A stretch of 64,000 nucleotides of DNA from IMG/VR virus record IMGVR_UViG_3300045988_182772; one strand, 5' to 3'. The notes beneath the pieces were generated by a model that was given only the letters and a program-made list of their open reading frames with translations, was not told the origin of the DNA and ran no database searches. Below are positions 9,279 through 19,872 of this stretch, in pieces. Both the position numbers and the translations under genes were made by a program. Source of the stretch: a virus. Position 1 is the stretch's first letter. Each line of letters begins with the position of its first letter.

Positions 9279-10763
9279 ATGGGCTACGATAAATTCAGCA
9301 TTGACATCCGAGAGGTTGTCAAACTGCTTGGCTTAAAGGTGTCTCCGCAATCGGATTTTAATGGGACGTCTTTCAACGTTCGTTGTCCGTTTTGCAATGA
9401 CACCAAATATCACATGAATATCAATACCGTCAAGAATGCGTATTCGTGTGTGAAGTGCTCCGGAGGTGAGAAGGGGCAAGGAGCGTTGGACCTGTATGCC
9501 CGCGTTGCACATGGCGTTCGCTGTGTCAAGGGACAGAACAGCAGGGAAATGTACCGAAAGCTCTGCGACGACCTGCACATCGAAGCCCCAGTTCGCAGCC
9601 GCGTACAGAAAGCACAACTCCCGGAGGTCGTGGAAATCCACCGCGCCAGCGACGAGGTGGTGGATAAGGCGTATCGGAAGCTCTTGGACATCAAGTTCTT
9701 TCAGCTTTCTGACCTGCACCGTGAGAACTTGCACAGGCGCGGCTTTTCCGATGAAACGATTGAGCGAAACGGGTATCGAAGCATTTCGGCCGATTTTCCG
9801 TGGGTCAACCGTTACCGGAAAGCGAAGGAGCAGTATCAGAAGCTGATTCCGTCTATTCGCAAGGACAATATCCTCAAGCGCCGTACCCCAGAACGGCTTA
9901 TCGCAGGTCTCATTGCGGCCTCCATCCTTGCCAAATGCGGATGCGAGCTGCGAGGCGTACCCGGTTTTTTCCGGATAGACGGCGTGTGGTGCTTCAACCT
10001 TGAACCGGGGATGCTGATTCCAACACGAAATGCGGTAGGTCAAATCGTTGCCCTGCAAGTACGGCGGGATAAACCGTCCGACTGGAACGATTACTGCAAA
10101 CGTACCGGTCAGAACAAGGAGTTTCTTCGGTACATGACCATCTCCGCGAAGGGCCTGCCAGACGGCGTTACCACGGATATCAGTCAGGCGCATTTCCCAC
10201 TTGGGAACGATAGCCTGGATGACCCGGAAACCGCTGTCTGCATTACGGAAGGCCCTCTCAAGGCGGATGCGGCAGTTGAATTAAAGGGCAATCGAAAGAT
10301 GTTTTTCATTGCGCTGCACGGAACGTCCAATACCAAAACCTTGCCAGCAATTTTCGCATGGCTGAAAGGCAAAGGTGTTGAAACGGTATTCAATGTATTT
10401 GACATGGATAAGGTCACAAATGTCAATGTCGCAAAGGCGGGAAAGCGTGTTCGAGCTATCGCCGCAGGATGCGGCATCAAACTCGCAGAGAAATGCTGGG
10501 ATGCGGAATATGCACAACAGAAACTCAGCGAACTGAATGCAATCTGTTGTGAGCATGGCATTTTCGTTCCGACCACCTTCAACGTGTTCACAGACCTTGC
10601 AAATGTTTCTCAGGAGCTTGCAAAGCGAAATATCCGGCACAGCCGCGTCAAGAACGCAGATGGGCTGGAAGAGAAACACTACTGGTCTGATAAGACCAAG
10701 GGAATTGACGACTATCTGTTGTCTATCAGAACCGCCACAGGCGGTGAAGGGGCCTCTGCTTAA
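9279..10763 (+). CDS. DNA primase-like protein (CHC2 zinc finger + TOPRIM)
   Basis: N-terminal RCPFCNDTKYHMNIN...YSCVKCSGGEKGQGALDLY is a CHC2-type Zn finger. TEGPLKADAA is TOPRIM-like. Confidence 0.55.
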   Translation: MGYDKFSIDIREVVKLLGLKVSPQSDFNGTSFNVRCPFCNDTKYHMNINTVKNAYSCVKCSGGEKGQGALDLYARVAHGVRCVKGQNSREMYRKLCDDLHIEAPVRSRVQKAQLPEVVEIHRASDEVVDKAYRKLLDIKFFQLSDLHRENLHRRGFSDETIERNGYRSISADFPWVNRYRKAKEQYQKLIPSIRKDNILKRRTPERLIAGLIAASILAKCGCELRGVPGFFRIDGVWCFNLEPGMLIPTRNAVGQIVALQVRRDKPSDWNDYCKRTGQNKEFLRYMTISAKGLPDGVTTDISQAHFPLGNDSLDDPETAVCITEGPLKADAAVELKGNRKMFFIALHGTSNTKTLPAIFAWLKGKGVETVFNVFDMDKVTNVNVAKAGKRVRAIAAGCGIKLAEKCWDAEYAQQKLSELNAICCEHGIFVPTTFNVFTDLANVSQELAKRNIRHSRVKNADGLEEKHYWSDKTKGIDDYLLSIRTATGGEGASA

Positions 10764-10784
10764 CGCAGAGGCTCTTTTTTTTTG
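10752..10784 (+). terminator. rho-independent terminator
   Basis: gcctctgc-ttaac-gcagaggc followed by 10 T. Confidence 0.65.
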
Positions 10785-10990
10785 CGCTCACGGCCTTCTT
10801 AAAGTGTTGCCCATGTGTGGTATAAGGAGGGGCCTGAATTTTGACTTTTTGAGAAAGGGTGGGAAAGTTAGACTAAGAGGAGCGCCGCGTCAAGCACCTC
10901 TGGCCCGGAGCTGGATTCCCCATGTGGGTGAGGGATTTGACTTTGAGCGAAAAATATTCTGGGCGCGAGACAGGAGCGATTTTTCTATAA

Positions 10991-11400
10991 TGAATAGCAA
11001 TCTCGAACAAATTCAAGAGAGACAGCGCGTCCGCGCCCGCATCGTTTCTTTAGCAACGGTCGTGTGCCTGACGGCTGCTATGTTTACCGTCACCGCTTTT
11101 GCGGCGAATACGGACACCGCGCAGGGCTTCCAGCAAATCACGACGGCCGGTAAGAGTATTCTGAAGGGCCTCTGGGATATGCTGCAAGCGATTACCGCGC
11201 CTCTGGCGCTGGTTGGTATCGGCTTCAATGTCGTCAAGGCTCTGATTGGTACGGAGAAAGGCATGGAGAAGTGCAAGGACAACATCGTTAAGATTCTTTT
11301 TGTTGTCGGTGTTATCTTCCTTGCTCCGCTGTTCGTTACGACCGTTACCAGCGCGATTGGCAATATCGCTGACAACTCCACAAACCAAATCTTTGGCTGA
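10991..11400 (+). CDS. small secreted/membrane T4SS protein, VirB2/pilin-like candidate
   Basis: Signal peptide plus two hydrophobic segments. Size and position directly before the T4SS genes. Start uncertain (no clear SD). Confidence 0.4.
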
Positions 11401-11586
11401 TGGCTCAGGCTTCTGAGCCAGTCATCCATCGCTCTTGTTTTGTGGGTGTCAATATACAGAGAGCTTGTCAGGAGTCCGGCCCACACCGGATTCCGCAAGC
11501 CCTCTTTTGTTTTCTATTTTCGGAAAGGAGGACGGGCAGTTCTTCCGCCGGCTTTGTAGGGCGGGGGTATCCTTGCCCTGTTTTTT

Positions 11587-11997
11587 ATGGATGAACGAAT
11601 TCATAGATTTTTGATTCCCATTTTAGTAGCTCTCTGCATCGTGTCGGTCAGCCTGACGCTTTCTGCGCCTGTGTTTGCGGCAGACCCGTGGTCCCCGGAT
11701 GTAGAGTTTGGTACGAATGTATCCGACTCGTCTATGCGGGAGTATCGGGACCGCATCAGCGCAACCTACAAGTTTATTCTCAGCATGGCAGCCCCATTTG
11801 CACTTGTCACGATTACTGTCGGGGGCCTTATTGCTTTTTTGGGGTCTGAGAAAGATGCGGAAAGGGGCTTCTCCATGATAAAGATGTCCCTGATTGCGCT
11901 CATGGCGTTGTACTTATTGCCGCTGGTCATTTCAGCAGCGTACAACTCGTTGAACGGGGTCAAATGGGACCCCGCACATCCAGATTTTACTTGGTGA
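11587..11997 (+). CDS. small secreted/membrane T4SS protein (second pilin-like candidate)
   Basis: Signal peptide ...LSAPVFAADP, then hydrophobic segments. Confidence 0.4.
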   Translation: MDERIHRFLIPILVALCIVSVSLTLSAPVFAADPWSPDVEFGTNVSDSSMREYRDRISATYKFILSMAAPFALVTITVGGLIAFLGSEKDAERGFSMIKMSLIALMALYLLPLVISAAYNSLNGVKWDPAHPDFTW

Positions 11998-12026
11998 CGG
12001 CAGCGGAAGTGGAGGTGAAATAGCTC

Positions 12027-14672
12027 ATGCTCGAAACTATATTTTCCTGGCTGCTCAGTGCGGTCGGAGAAGGATTGCAGTTGTTTGTCAATTTCTTCTT
12101 CGGCAATGGAAACGATGGGGGTCTCCTGAACTTTACCCTGGGAGACCTTTATCAGAATTTTCCATATTTCGGCACAGCCTATGCAATTCTACAAGCCTGC
12201 GGTCTGGGATTGGTCCTTGCCATTGCGGCTGTCAATTTGTTCAAAGTATTCCTCGGCAGCCTGTCCAAAGCGCAGGATACTCCCACGCAAATCCTTGTTC
12301 GAGCCGCACTCGCCACGGTTCTCATTTATCTCGGCGGCTATCTTCTTTCCGCAGTTGTGGGCATCGCGAAAGTCCCATACGACATCTTTGTTGGGTCTGA
12401 CGCTATCACCCATCATTTTGGCATACCTGACAGCCTCTTAACAGACTTGTCCGTTGCCGTAGGTGTCGGAGCTGCTGGGCTGCTTGTCTCACTCGTTCTA
12501 ATCATTGCGATTGCATGGAACCTTATCAAGCTGTTGCTGGAGTGTGTTGAGCGATACCTGATGGTCGGCGTTCTTGTTTATACATCGCCTCTCATTTACC
12601 CGTTCCTGTCCTCTGCCGCGACGGCTACTGTATTTCAACGATGGGTAGGAATGTTCTGCGGTGAATGCGCCCTGATGTCGCTCTCCGTACTCTTTACCAA
12701 ACTGTCTATTTCCGCACTCAGTTCAACGAGCGGAGGAAACTCCGTTATTGCAAAGCTGATTATGTGCCTGACCATGTGCAAAATCGCACAGCGGGTGGAT
12801 TCCTATATGCAGCAACTCGGCATCGGTGTTCCGACGACCGGAGAAGGCATTCTTGGAAACGCTATGGCAGTCGGCTACGCACTCAAGCACGCATTTGGCG
12901 GTGCAGCTCAGAAGGCATCCAAAGGAGACGCTCTTTCCGGCAACAACAGCACGTTCGGCAATCTCTTTCGTGGGAAGCGAGCGTACAATGACGCATTCGC
13001 TCAGGGGAATAGTCCGGCGGACAGCCGTGCCGCGAGAAAGGCGGCCAGGGATTACGCGAAAACTCCTGCTGGAGACTGGGGCATGAACCAGTTCACCCCC
13101 CGCAATGCAAACGCTGTGGCAACGGCAAAACGCTCTCAGGAAAGTGCCGCCGCATGGCAGGAGAAGGTCCAGCGGCAGAGCGGACCCGTCGGAGAGAACG
13201 GCGGAGGCCGTACAGGTCAACAGGATTTCCAGGACAATGCCAAGAAGATGGGTATGTCTGCACAGCAGTTTGCCCGCATGAATTTGGAGACAAACGGTGC
13301 AGGTTGTGCCTTGATTGGACCCGACGGCGACAACAAAGCCAATTTCGAACTGTCTCCGGAAGCCAAAAATGCTGGCCTGATGACCTCGTTCCCGTTTGGG
13401 GATGACAAGGATGGAATGCTGGTTGGCCCGGACAGCGCTGTGGCCGCGCATATTCAGGATAACTTTGATAAGACCGAATTGACTGATTTTGCTCCGGACA
13501 CGGAGTTCCATGACGTCAATCCCGCCAGCCTATCTCCGGAAAATCTGGAAAATATGAAGGCGCAGCAGGAAGACTCGACCAATGCGTATCAGAGCACGCT
13601 TGCGAATACGCTCGCGCATGGCTCGCCTGTTGTCGCGCAGGAAGTCCTCTTCAACGACAGAAAGAATATTTCTGGCAACGATACGCTTGCGCAGGCAGCA
13701 CTCTCCAATACTTTCGGAGAAAATCTCCGCGTAGGCGACCAGTCCGGCACGGCGGCGGCCAGTCGCCTCAGCAATATCCGTGCAGAGACACAGCCCCTAT
13801 ACACTGATGAAGCAGGGAATCAGTGGGGCGGCGGCCGAGTGGTCAGCGGTCTCTGCGCCGTTCCCGGCAGTTCCGGCCGCACCTATGAGGACGGAACGGA
13901 AGTCCCGAAGTTCAAGCGTCTGGAAATCATGGACGAGACTGCCTATAAGCAGATGTCCTCTATCCAGCAGGCTCAGATGCAGCAGATTCCCTCGAAGAAC
14001 GGGGAGATTTTCTATGCGAGAGCAATGGATGTGGACCAGACTCAGGGCAGCGTCGAAGATTGGTCTCGCGCTGTTCAGGAAGGCGGCGGACTTCAGGATA
14101 TCGAGAACCCCAGATTTGAGCAGGGCAGACCTGTCGCACAGAATATTGCTGCAAGTACGCGGTATGAGCCTCGTACGGACGATTCTCTGCCGAATACCGG
14201 CAGAGGAACAGAAAGTTCCCGTACTCACGAGACTCCTTCCAGCGGCGGAGAGACGCGCACTTATGAGCGTCGTTCCGAAGACGCAGGTGGTGCCGCAGGC
14301 GGTGAGCGTCATACTTACGAGACTCCCTCCGGCGGTGGAGAAGCCCACTCTTACGAACCTTCCGCCAGAGATGCGGGTGCTGCTTCGGGCGGAAGCGGCG
14401 GTGAACCTCGGACGGTCACACAAAACACCATCATCAATCAGCCCCCCAGCTATACGCCTGCACAGCGTATCGAGGTTATCAACGACCAGTCGTCCGGTAC
14501 GCCGGCTTCCGGTACGCCGCAGACACCTTCTTCTCCGGAATCTGCCCCGCGCAGCGAAGGCAGGCAGCGGGATGACGGCTCCCGCAATGGCGGAGGAGGC
14601 CCCAAGCCGGAGGAACAGGGCAAGGGTAAGAAGCCTCCTCGCGTAGGCCCCTTGCGCGATAAGCGAAAGTAA
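12027..14672 (+). CDS. VirB6/TrbL-like polytopic membrane protein with a ~550-aa disordered G/S/T/E-rich tail
   Basis: At least six TM helices in the first 300 aa. The tail carries imperfect tandem repeats (SRTHETPSSGGETRTYERRSEDAGGAAGGERHTYETPSGGGEAHSYEPSARDAGAASGG). Confidence 0.55.
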   Translation: MLETIFSWLLSAVGEGLQLFVNFFFGNGNDGGLLNFTLGDLYQNFPYFGTAYAILQACGLGLVLAIAAVNLFKVFLGSLSKAQDTPTQILVRAALATVLIYLGGYLLSAVVGIAKVPYDIFVGSDAITHHFGIPDSLLTDLSVAVGVGAAGLLVSLVLIIAIAWNLIKLLLECVERYLMVGVLVYTSPLIYPFLSSAATATVFQRWVGMFCGECALMSLSVLFTKLSISALSSTSGGNSVIAKLIMCLTMCKIAQRVDSYMQQLGIGVPTTGEGILGNAMAVGYALKHAFGGAAQKASKGDALSGNNSTFGNLFRGKRAYNDAFAQGNSPADSRAARKAARDYAKTPAGDWGMNQFTPRNANAVATAKRSQESAAAWQEKVQRQSGPVGENGGGRTGQQDFQDNAKKMGMSAQQFARMNLETNGAGCALIGPDGDNKANFELSPEAKNAGLMTSFPFGDDKDGMLVGPDSAVAAHIQDNFDKTELTDFAPDTEFHDVNPASLSPENLENMKAQQEDSTNAYQSTLANTLAHGSPVVAQEVLFNDRKNISGNDTLAQAALSNTFGENLRVGDQSGTAAASRLSNIRAETQPLYTDEAGNQWGGGRVVSGLCAVPGSSGRTYEDGTEVPKFKRLEIMDETAYKQMSSIQQAQMQQIPSKNGEIFYARAMDVDQTQGSVEDWSRAVQEGGGLQDIENPRFEQGRPVAQNIAASTRYEPRTDDSLPNTGRGTESSRTHETPSSGGETRTYERRSEDAGGAAGGERHTYETPSGGGEAHSYEPSARDAGAASGGSGGEPRTVTQNTIINQPPSYTPAQRIEVINDQSSGTPASGTPQTPSSPESAPRSEGRQRDDGSRNGGGGPKPEEQGKGKKPPRVGPLRDKRK

Positions 14673-14772
14673 CACCACAAACCCACCCGCCGTCCAGCAT
14701 TTTCACCGGGCGGCGGGTGGCGGTATAGGACACAATCATGAGGCTCATTACAACACGGAAAGGAGTAATTTT

Positions 14773-16098
14773 ATGGATGACAGAAACGAAAAAGTCTCCG
14801 ATTCCGTAGAACGGGATATACAAGGAGCGGTAAAAATGGGTGCGGATGCCGCGAGAACCGCCAAAACATTAGGTAAAGCCGCTGCACACGCTGCGGCTGG
14901 CGATGTGGCAGGAGCGGCAGCAGAAGTAGTAAAGGACCCGGAAACGCTCAAAAAAATTCTCCTTATCTTGTTGATACCTGTCATATCTTTCGTGCTGATT
15001 ACGACCATGTTCCTGTATGCGTTGCCTATCTCCATTTACGAGGGTGTATCGACTTATTTTGCGGATATCGAAGAGCAGTGGGAATCTGACGTCTACGGCT
15101 CTGACAAAAGCACCTTTGTGGCCGGAGTCGAGGCAACGCTGAAGGCAGGCGTAAGATTGTCTGGAGAAGGGCTGTCCCGTATTGGGGACGCTGTTTCCGG
15201 TTGGTTCCGCAGTATCTGGAATGGCTTACAATCTTGGTTCACAAAAGATGATGCCGTTGACGATGAATCAGACATTCTGACTGAAGATGGATATGAATTG
15301 TACGTCACAATGAACGAAGCAAACGAAAAAACAACTCTTGATGAAAAGGTTTCTGCTGCGCAGAAAAAGCTGGACAAACGGGCCGACCAAATTGAGACGG
15401 CGATACACAATGCAGAGCTAAGCATCAACACAAAGCTCGCTCAGATGTATGCCGGAAGCGGTGTTTGGGACGGGGCAACTGTCTGCGTAGTGAAATCGCC
15501 GACCACCAAGAGCGATGCCATTAAGCTGCTCTCCGCCTACACCGTCATGAAAGCCGGCTCTCTGGATAATCAGAAGTTGTCAGATTTTATGAAATGGCTT
15601 GGCTATTATAAGACCTTTGCTGGAAACGGCGTTTCCTTCAATATTGGAGGCGCAAGCGGTGTCAATGGCTACGCAAAGACGTGGTGCGGCACTTTTATGC
15701 CACAGTATCTGGAAGAACAGATGAAACAGGATATTACGGCAAAAAGCATGGAGCTTGCACAGGCGGGGACTCTGAGCAGCAATGAAAACTATGCAAGGGA
15801 TATTCGTGAGGAATATGAGAACCACATGGCTCCGGCAGCAGACCTGCTGTTTGTTGTAACGTCCCCTGATTTTTCTGACTCTTCCGCCATCAATTTAACA
15901 TCGTATGTTGATGATGACGGTATTACACATTATTCTGCTTATTTTTCAGTATCTATCTCCATACGTTCCATAGACGAATTGGCATCAGATATCATGGGCT
16001 TCTGGAGCGGAGATTTGAGCGGCATTGGAGTGTCGCAGTCGGAAGACGATACTTCTCAGGAACCCGAAGATGAACTTGAAGAAGAACCCGCAGCATAA
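14773..16098 (+). CDS. membrane-anchored T4SS-associated hypothetical protein
   Basis: Single TM segment (ILLILLIPVISFVLITTMFLYALPI). Acidic C-terminus. Sits in the T4SS operon. Confidence 0.4.
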   Translation: MDDRNEKVSDSVERDIQGAVKMGADAARTAKTLGKAAAHAAAGDVAGAAAEVVKDPETLKKILLILLIPVISFVLITTMFLYALPISIYEGVSTYFADIEEQWESDVYGSDKSTFVAGVEATLKAGVRLSGEGLSRIGDAVSGWFRSIWNGLQSWFTKDDAVDDESDILTEDGYELYVTMNEANEKTTLDEKVSAAQKKLDKRADQIETAIHNAELSINTKLAQMYAGSGVWDGATVCVVKSPTTKSDAIKLLSAYTVMKAGSLDNQKLSDFMKWLGYYKTFAGNGVSFNIGGASGVNGYAKTWCGTFMPQYLEEQMKQDITAKSMELAQAGTLSSNENYARDIREEYENHMAPAADLLFVVTSPDFSDSSAINLTSYVDDDGITHYSAYFSVSISIRSIDELASDIMGFWSGDLSGIGVSQSEDDTSQEPEDELEEEPAA

Positions 16099-16119
16099 CG
16101 CGAGGAAAGGAGGCTCTGC

Positions 16120-17445
16120 ATGACTACCCATATCTGGAAAAGGATGCTTTCCTCACTGCTGTGCGGTATTCTCTCGGTATCCTGCATGACAGCTACCGTA
16201 TTTGCCATTGACGGCAAGAGCGTAAGCGGCGCATTTGGTGAGCATTGGGATGAAGTCCAGGAATCGTATGAAACCTCCTTCGGCTGGGACTATAATAAGC
16301 ATCTTATGAAGGACTGGACGGATGACGACACCGGAAACGAATATGAGCGGCAAGCAGGGTATCAGGAAGAGTGGTATCGGAATAACATTCTGACCACAAA
16401 GCAATACCTTGGTGTTTCGACTGGAGAAGGCGGAAATGGCAGCAATATCGTTGAAGTCGCGCTCAGCCAACTCGGCTTGGACGATTCCATTGAAATCCCG
16501 CCGAACTCGAATTTTGTCAAATACAATGACTGGTACTATGGCAGCCACCGTTCCGGACAGTGGTGCGCGGCGTTTGTCTCTTGGTGCGCAAATGAATGTG
16601 ACCTTTTGGAAAATACAATTCCAAAGGATGCCAGTTGCTCAAGTATGTTTAAGAAACTCACGGGAAGATACGGCTACGCATACTATCCCGTTCGAAGCAC
16701 AACACCGTTCGGTGGTTCTTATACACCGGTTCCGGGCGACCTTATGTTTTTTTCAGAGACTGGTAATCTAAGACTGGCTAAGCCTTTTAATCACATCGGC
16801 ATCATTGTTGAGGTGGATGAAACCGGATGGTACACGGTCGAGGGCAACACAACTGGCGGCGGGCAAATCCCAGGCGGCGGTGTTGCAAAAAACCACTATA
16901 CAGCATCGACCACATACAAAGCTGCGAAAAACGGCTATATCGTTCATGTAGAATATCCTGAAACAGCATTTTCGGAAATCCAGGGTGGCACCAACAAGGA
17001 GAAGGTGTTCTCTTTCCTGACAGAGGAGCTTGGCCTGAACAATGCTGCCGCCTGCGGGGTTATGGCAAATGTCCAAAATGAATCTGGTTTTAACCCGGCA
17101 AGACATGAGGATAAAAACGCATACGGAGATGGACTGGGCGAAGGTTATGGTTTATGCCAGTGGTCCTATAGCAGAAAGACAGCACTACTGAGTTTTTTGC
17201 AGGAAAATGGTTTTGCTGAAGACTCTATAGAAGGACAGCTCTGGTTTTTCAAGACCGAAATCGAATCTTCGGAGCGTACAGCGTGGAACGCCATCAAGGA
17301 CCTGCCTAATACATCAGATGGCGCGTATGAGGCCGGACTCCTGTGGTGCCTGAAATTTGAGCGTCCGCGTGATGGCGTCGGAGATTCTGTGGAGCGAGGC
17401 AATCTCGCGCAAAATACATACTGGCCCGCTTACGGCGGACGGTGA
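16120..17445 (+). CDS. bifunctional cell-wall hydrolase of Gram-positive T4SS (CHAP/NlpC-P60 peptidase + lysozyme-like domain), CwlT/TcpG-like
   Basis: Signal peptide. CHAP motifs GQWCAAFVSWCA...HIGIIVEV. C-terminal lysozyme-like NNAAACGVMANVQNESGFNP...GYGLCQW. Confidence 0.75.
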   Translation: MTTHIWKRMLSSLLCGILSVSCMTATVFAIDGKSVSGAFGEHWDEVQESYETSFGWDYNKHLMKDWTDDDTGNEYERQAGYQEEWYRNNILTTKQYLGVSTGEGGNGSNIVEVALSQLGLDDSIEIPPNSNFVKYNDWYYGSHRSGQWCAAFVSWCANECDLLENTIPKDASCSSMFKKLTGRYGYAYYPVRSTTPFGGSYTPVPGDLMFFSETGNLRLAKPFNHIGIIVEVDETGWYTVEGNTTGGGQIPGGGVAKNHYTASTTYKAAKNGYIVHVEYPETAFSEIQGGTNKEKVFSFLTEELGLNNAAACGVMANVQNESGFNPARHEDKNAYGDGLGEGYGLCQWSYSRKTALLSFLQENGFAEDSIEGQLWFFKTEIESSERTAWNAIKDLPNTSDGAYEAGLLWCLKFERPRDGVGDSVERGNLAQNTYWPAYGGR

Positions 17446-17453
17446 GGAGGTAA

Positions 17454-19730
17454 GTGACCATGACTCAACAACAGCAGAATCTGATTCGCAGACTGAAAAT
17501 CGCATTGCTGGTAGTCCTCGTATTGTCCATTTACATGACGGGGATTGTTCTCAGCATTTCCGTAGTGAAGTCCACGCTCAACCCGTTCCGTTTGATTCGC
17601 CTCTTCGGTGAGTACGGCTTTCCGTGGAAGATGTTCCTCGGCTGTTTTCTTTTCATCGGTATTGGCATTTCCATCCTGATGGCATACTCCGCTTCCGAGG
17701 AAGCGGGCGTCGATAAGATGGGTCGCTTGTTTTCCATGGCGATGGGCCGCAAGACATACGGAGAAGCGCACTTTGAGGACCCGAAAGAATACGAGGATGT
17801 CGCCATCATCCAGCATGAGCCGCAGGCAGTTGGCACTATCCTCGGACAGCTGGACGAGACAGGCCGCTACCCCATTGTATTCCGAGAGGATAAAATGAAC
17901 CGTGCGAACCGGCACATCGCCGTCATCGGCGCGTCAGGCTGCGGCAAGACCTATACCTTTACAAAGAACTACGCTTTCCAGGCGGTAAAACGCCGGGAAT
18001 CCCTGATATTCACAGACCCGGACGGCGGCCTTTACGCAGATATGGCAAGGTACTTCATGGACAACGGATATGTCGTGCGACGCTTCGACCTGCACAATAT
18101 CAGCAAGAGCGACGGCTGGAACTGTATGGACTCACTTTTGGCAGACCCGGAACGTATTGGCGAAAATGCAGAGATTTTTGCAAATGTTATTATTTCCAAC
18201 GCCGGAGGGAGTGCTGGCATTTACGAGAGCGGGCCGAAATCTCTTCTGAAGGCGCTCCTTCTGCGCGTTGCGCTTGGACATGACTACCCGCCTGAGAAGA
18301 AAAATATCAACTCTGTCCATCAGATGCTCAAGAACCCAGGGGGAGAGACATATCTGGATATGATGTTTGACCCGGACAGTCTTACGCCGGAGGAACAACC
18401 CTGCGTCGGACCGTACATGACCTTCAAGCAGTCCTCACCGAATCTTCGCGGCAACCTCATTGTGAACCTTGCGGCAGATATCGGGGTTATGGATGACGCA
18501 AAAGTGCGGACGCTGCTCTCCACCCCCTGCATTGATATGTCTCTGCCCGGAAAGCAGCCTTGCGCTTATTTCTGCATTTTCCCTGACAGCCATGACACCT
18601 ACAAATTCATCGTGTCCCTGTTCTTCTCCATGCTGTTCATTACCCTTATCAACGACGCGGATAATAACGGCAAGGACCGTAAGCTCGATGTCCCTGTTGA
18701 TTTCCTGCTGGACGAGTTTCCGTCCATCGGCACGATTCCGGATTTTGACCGAAAAATGGCGACGATTCGAAAGCGTGCCATGAATGTCTGCATGATATTT
18801 CAGGACATCACACAGCTTCAGAACAACTACCAGACAACCTGGGCAACCCTCCTGAGTAACTGCTCGACATTAGTTAGCCTTGGTATCAACGACGAATTTA
18901 CCGCGAAAATGGTGTCCTCTCGTATCGGTGATACGACCGTGAACGTCCGGACCAACCAGCATAAGGCGATGGAAACGCTGCTGAAAAACAACGAGTTCCT
19001 TCACAACTGGTCATCTGGCGAAGGTAAGCGTGCGCTGGTGGGGCTGGATGAAGCATTTAAGATGGGGAAGAACGACAGCATCATTATCTTTCAGGGGCAT
19101 AACCCTATACTTGCGAAAAAATACCCCCACACGCTTCATACAGACGCCAAGAAACTCAGCAATTTTGACTTCCGTGAAATCCCCCCCATCACCGACAAAG
19201 AGGGGCGAGAGCTGTTTTATCAGCGTCAGCAAAATATTCTGGACGCTTTCAATATCACGCATCCGCACATCAACGAGGTAGACCGTTCGTACACGGGGAT
19301 GTGCAACTCGATACCAGTACAAAGCATTTGGGAAGAGAGCAAGGATGCCGTTGTTGCATACGTCAAGGAGATAAATAAGAAAAGCTCCGATGACGATGTG
19401 ATAGAGGTCGAGGACTGCGGTGATGAATACATCGAGGTAGACGAGACAGACGAGGAGCAGGCGGTCGAACCTTCAGCACCACCTGCACAGCAGGAGCCGG
19501 TACTGTCCGTTGACGCAAAGCCGAACGCAGATATCGACTTGGAAAGCGCCGAGGACGAAACAGAACCGCAGCAGGAAGACATAAGCAAACCGAAGGAAGC
19601 CCCCACGCCTGCCGAAGCAAAAGATGTAGCGCAGGGTGGGAAGCGCCCAGCACCGCCGAAGCGCAGCTTCAGTTCTACGCCGACTACAGGGAAACCGAGA
19701 ATGTCGGGGAAGCTGCCGGGGATGCGGTAA
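17454..19730 (+). CDS. type IV coupling protein (VirD4/TraG/TcpA family ATPase)
   Basis: Two N-terminal TM segments. Walker A GASGCGKTY. Walker B VDFLLDEFPSIG. Acidic disordered C-terminus. Confidence 0.8.
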   Translation: MTMTQQQQNLIRRLKIALLVVLVLSIYMTGIVLSISVVKSTLNPFRLIRLFGEYGFPWKMFLGCFLFIGIGISILMAYSASEEAGVDKMGRLFSMAMGRKTYGEAHFEDPKEYEDVAIIQHEPQAVGTILGQLDETGRYPIVFREDKMNRANRHIAVIGASGCGKTYTFTKNYAFQAVKRRESLIFTDPDGGLYADMARYFMDNGYVVRRFDLHNISKSDGWNCMDSLLADPERIGENAEIFANVIISNAGGSAGIYESGPKSLLKALLLRVALGHDYPPEKKNINSVHQMLKNPGGETYLDMMFDPDSLTPEEQPCVGPYMTFKQSSPNLRGNLIVNLAADIGVMDDAKVRTLLSTPCIDMSLPGKQPCAYFCIFPDSHDTYKFIVSLFFSMLFITLINDADNNGKDRKLDVPVDFLLDEFPSIGTIPDFDRKMATIRKRAMNVCMIFQDITQLQNNYQTTWATLLSNCSTLVSLGINDEFTAKMVSSRIGDTTVNVRTNQHKAMETLLKNNEFLHNWSSGEGKRALVGLDEAFKMGKNDSIIIFQGHNPILAKKYPHTLHTDAKKLSNFDFREIPPITDKEGRELFYQRQQNILDAFNITHPHINEVDRSYTGMCNSIPVQSIWEESKDAVVAYVKEINKKSSDDDVIEVEDCGDEYIEVDETDEEQAVEPSAPPAQQEPVLSVDAKPNADIDLESAEDETEPQQEDISKPKEAPTPAEAKDVAQGGKRPAPPKRSFSSTPTTGKPRMSGKLPGMR

Positions 19731-19814
19731 TATCAGCACAGGCCACAGGCACGCCAACATTTCGTTGACGTGCCTTTTTGCTTGCGCCGTTGTATGTAAG
19801 GTCACTTCATTCGA

Positions 19815-19850
19815 TACTTTACAAATAAGATAAAGTGTGGTATAATATAA
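19815..19850 (+). promoter_or_regulatory. promoter cassette P1 (TTTACA-N17-TATAAT with extended -10 TGTGGTATAAT)
   Basis: tttacaaataagataaagtgtggtataatataagcgtaaag. Confidence 0.55.
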
Positions 19851-19872
19851 GCGTAAAGAAGAGGTGATTCCA

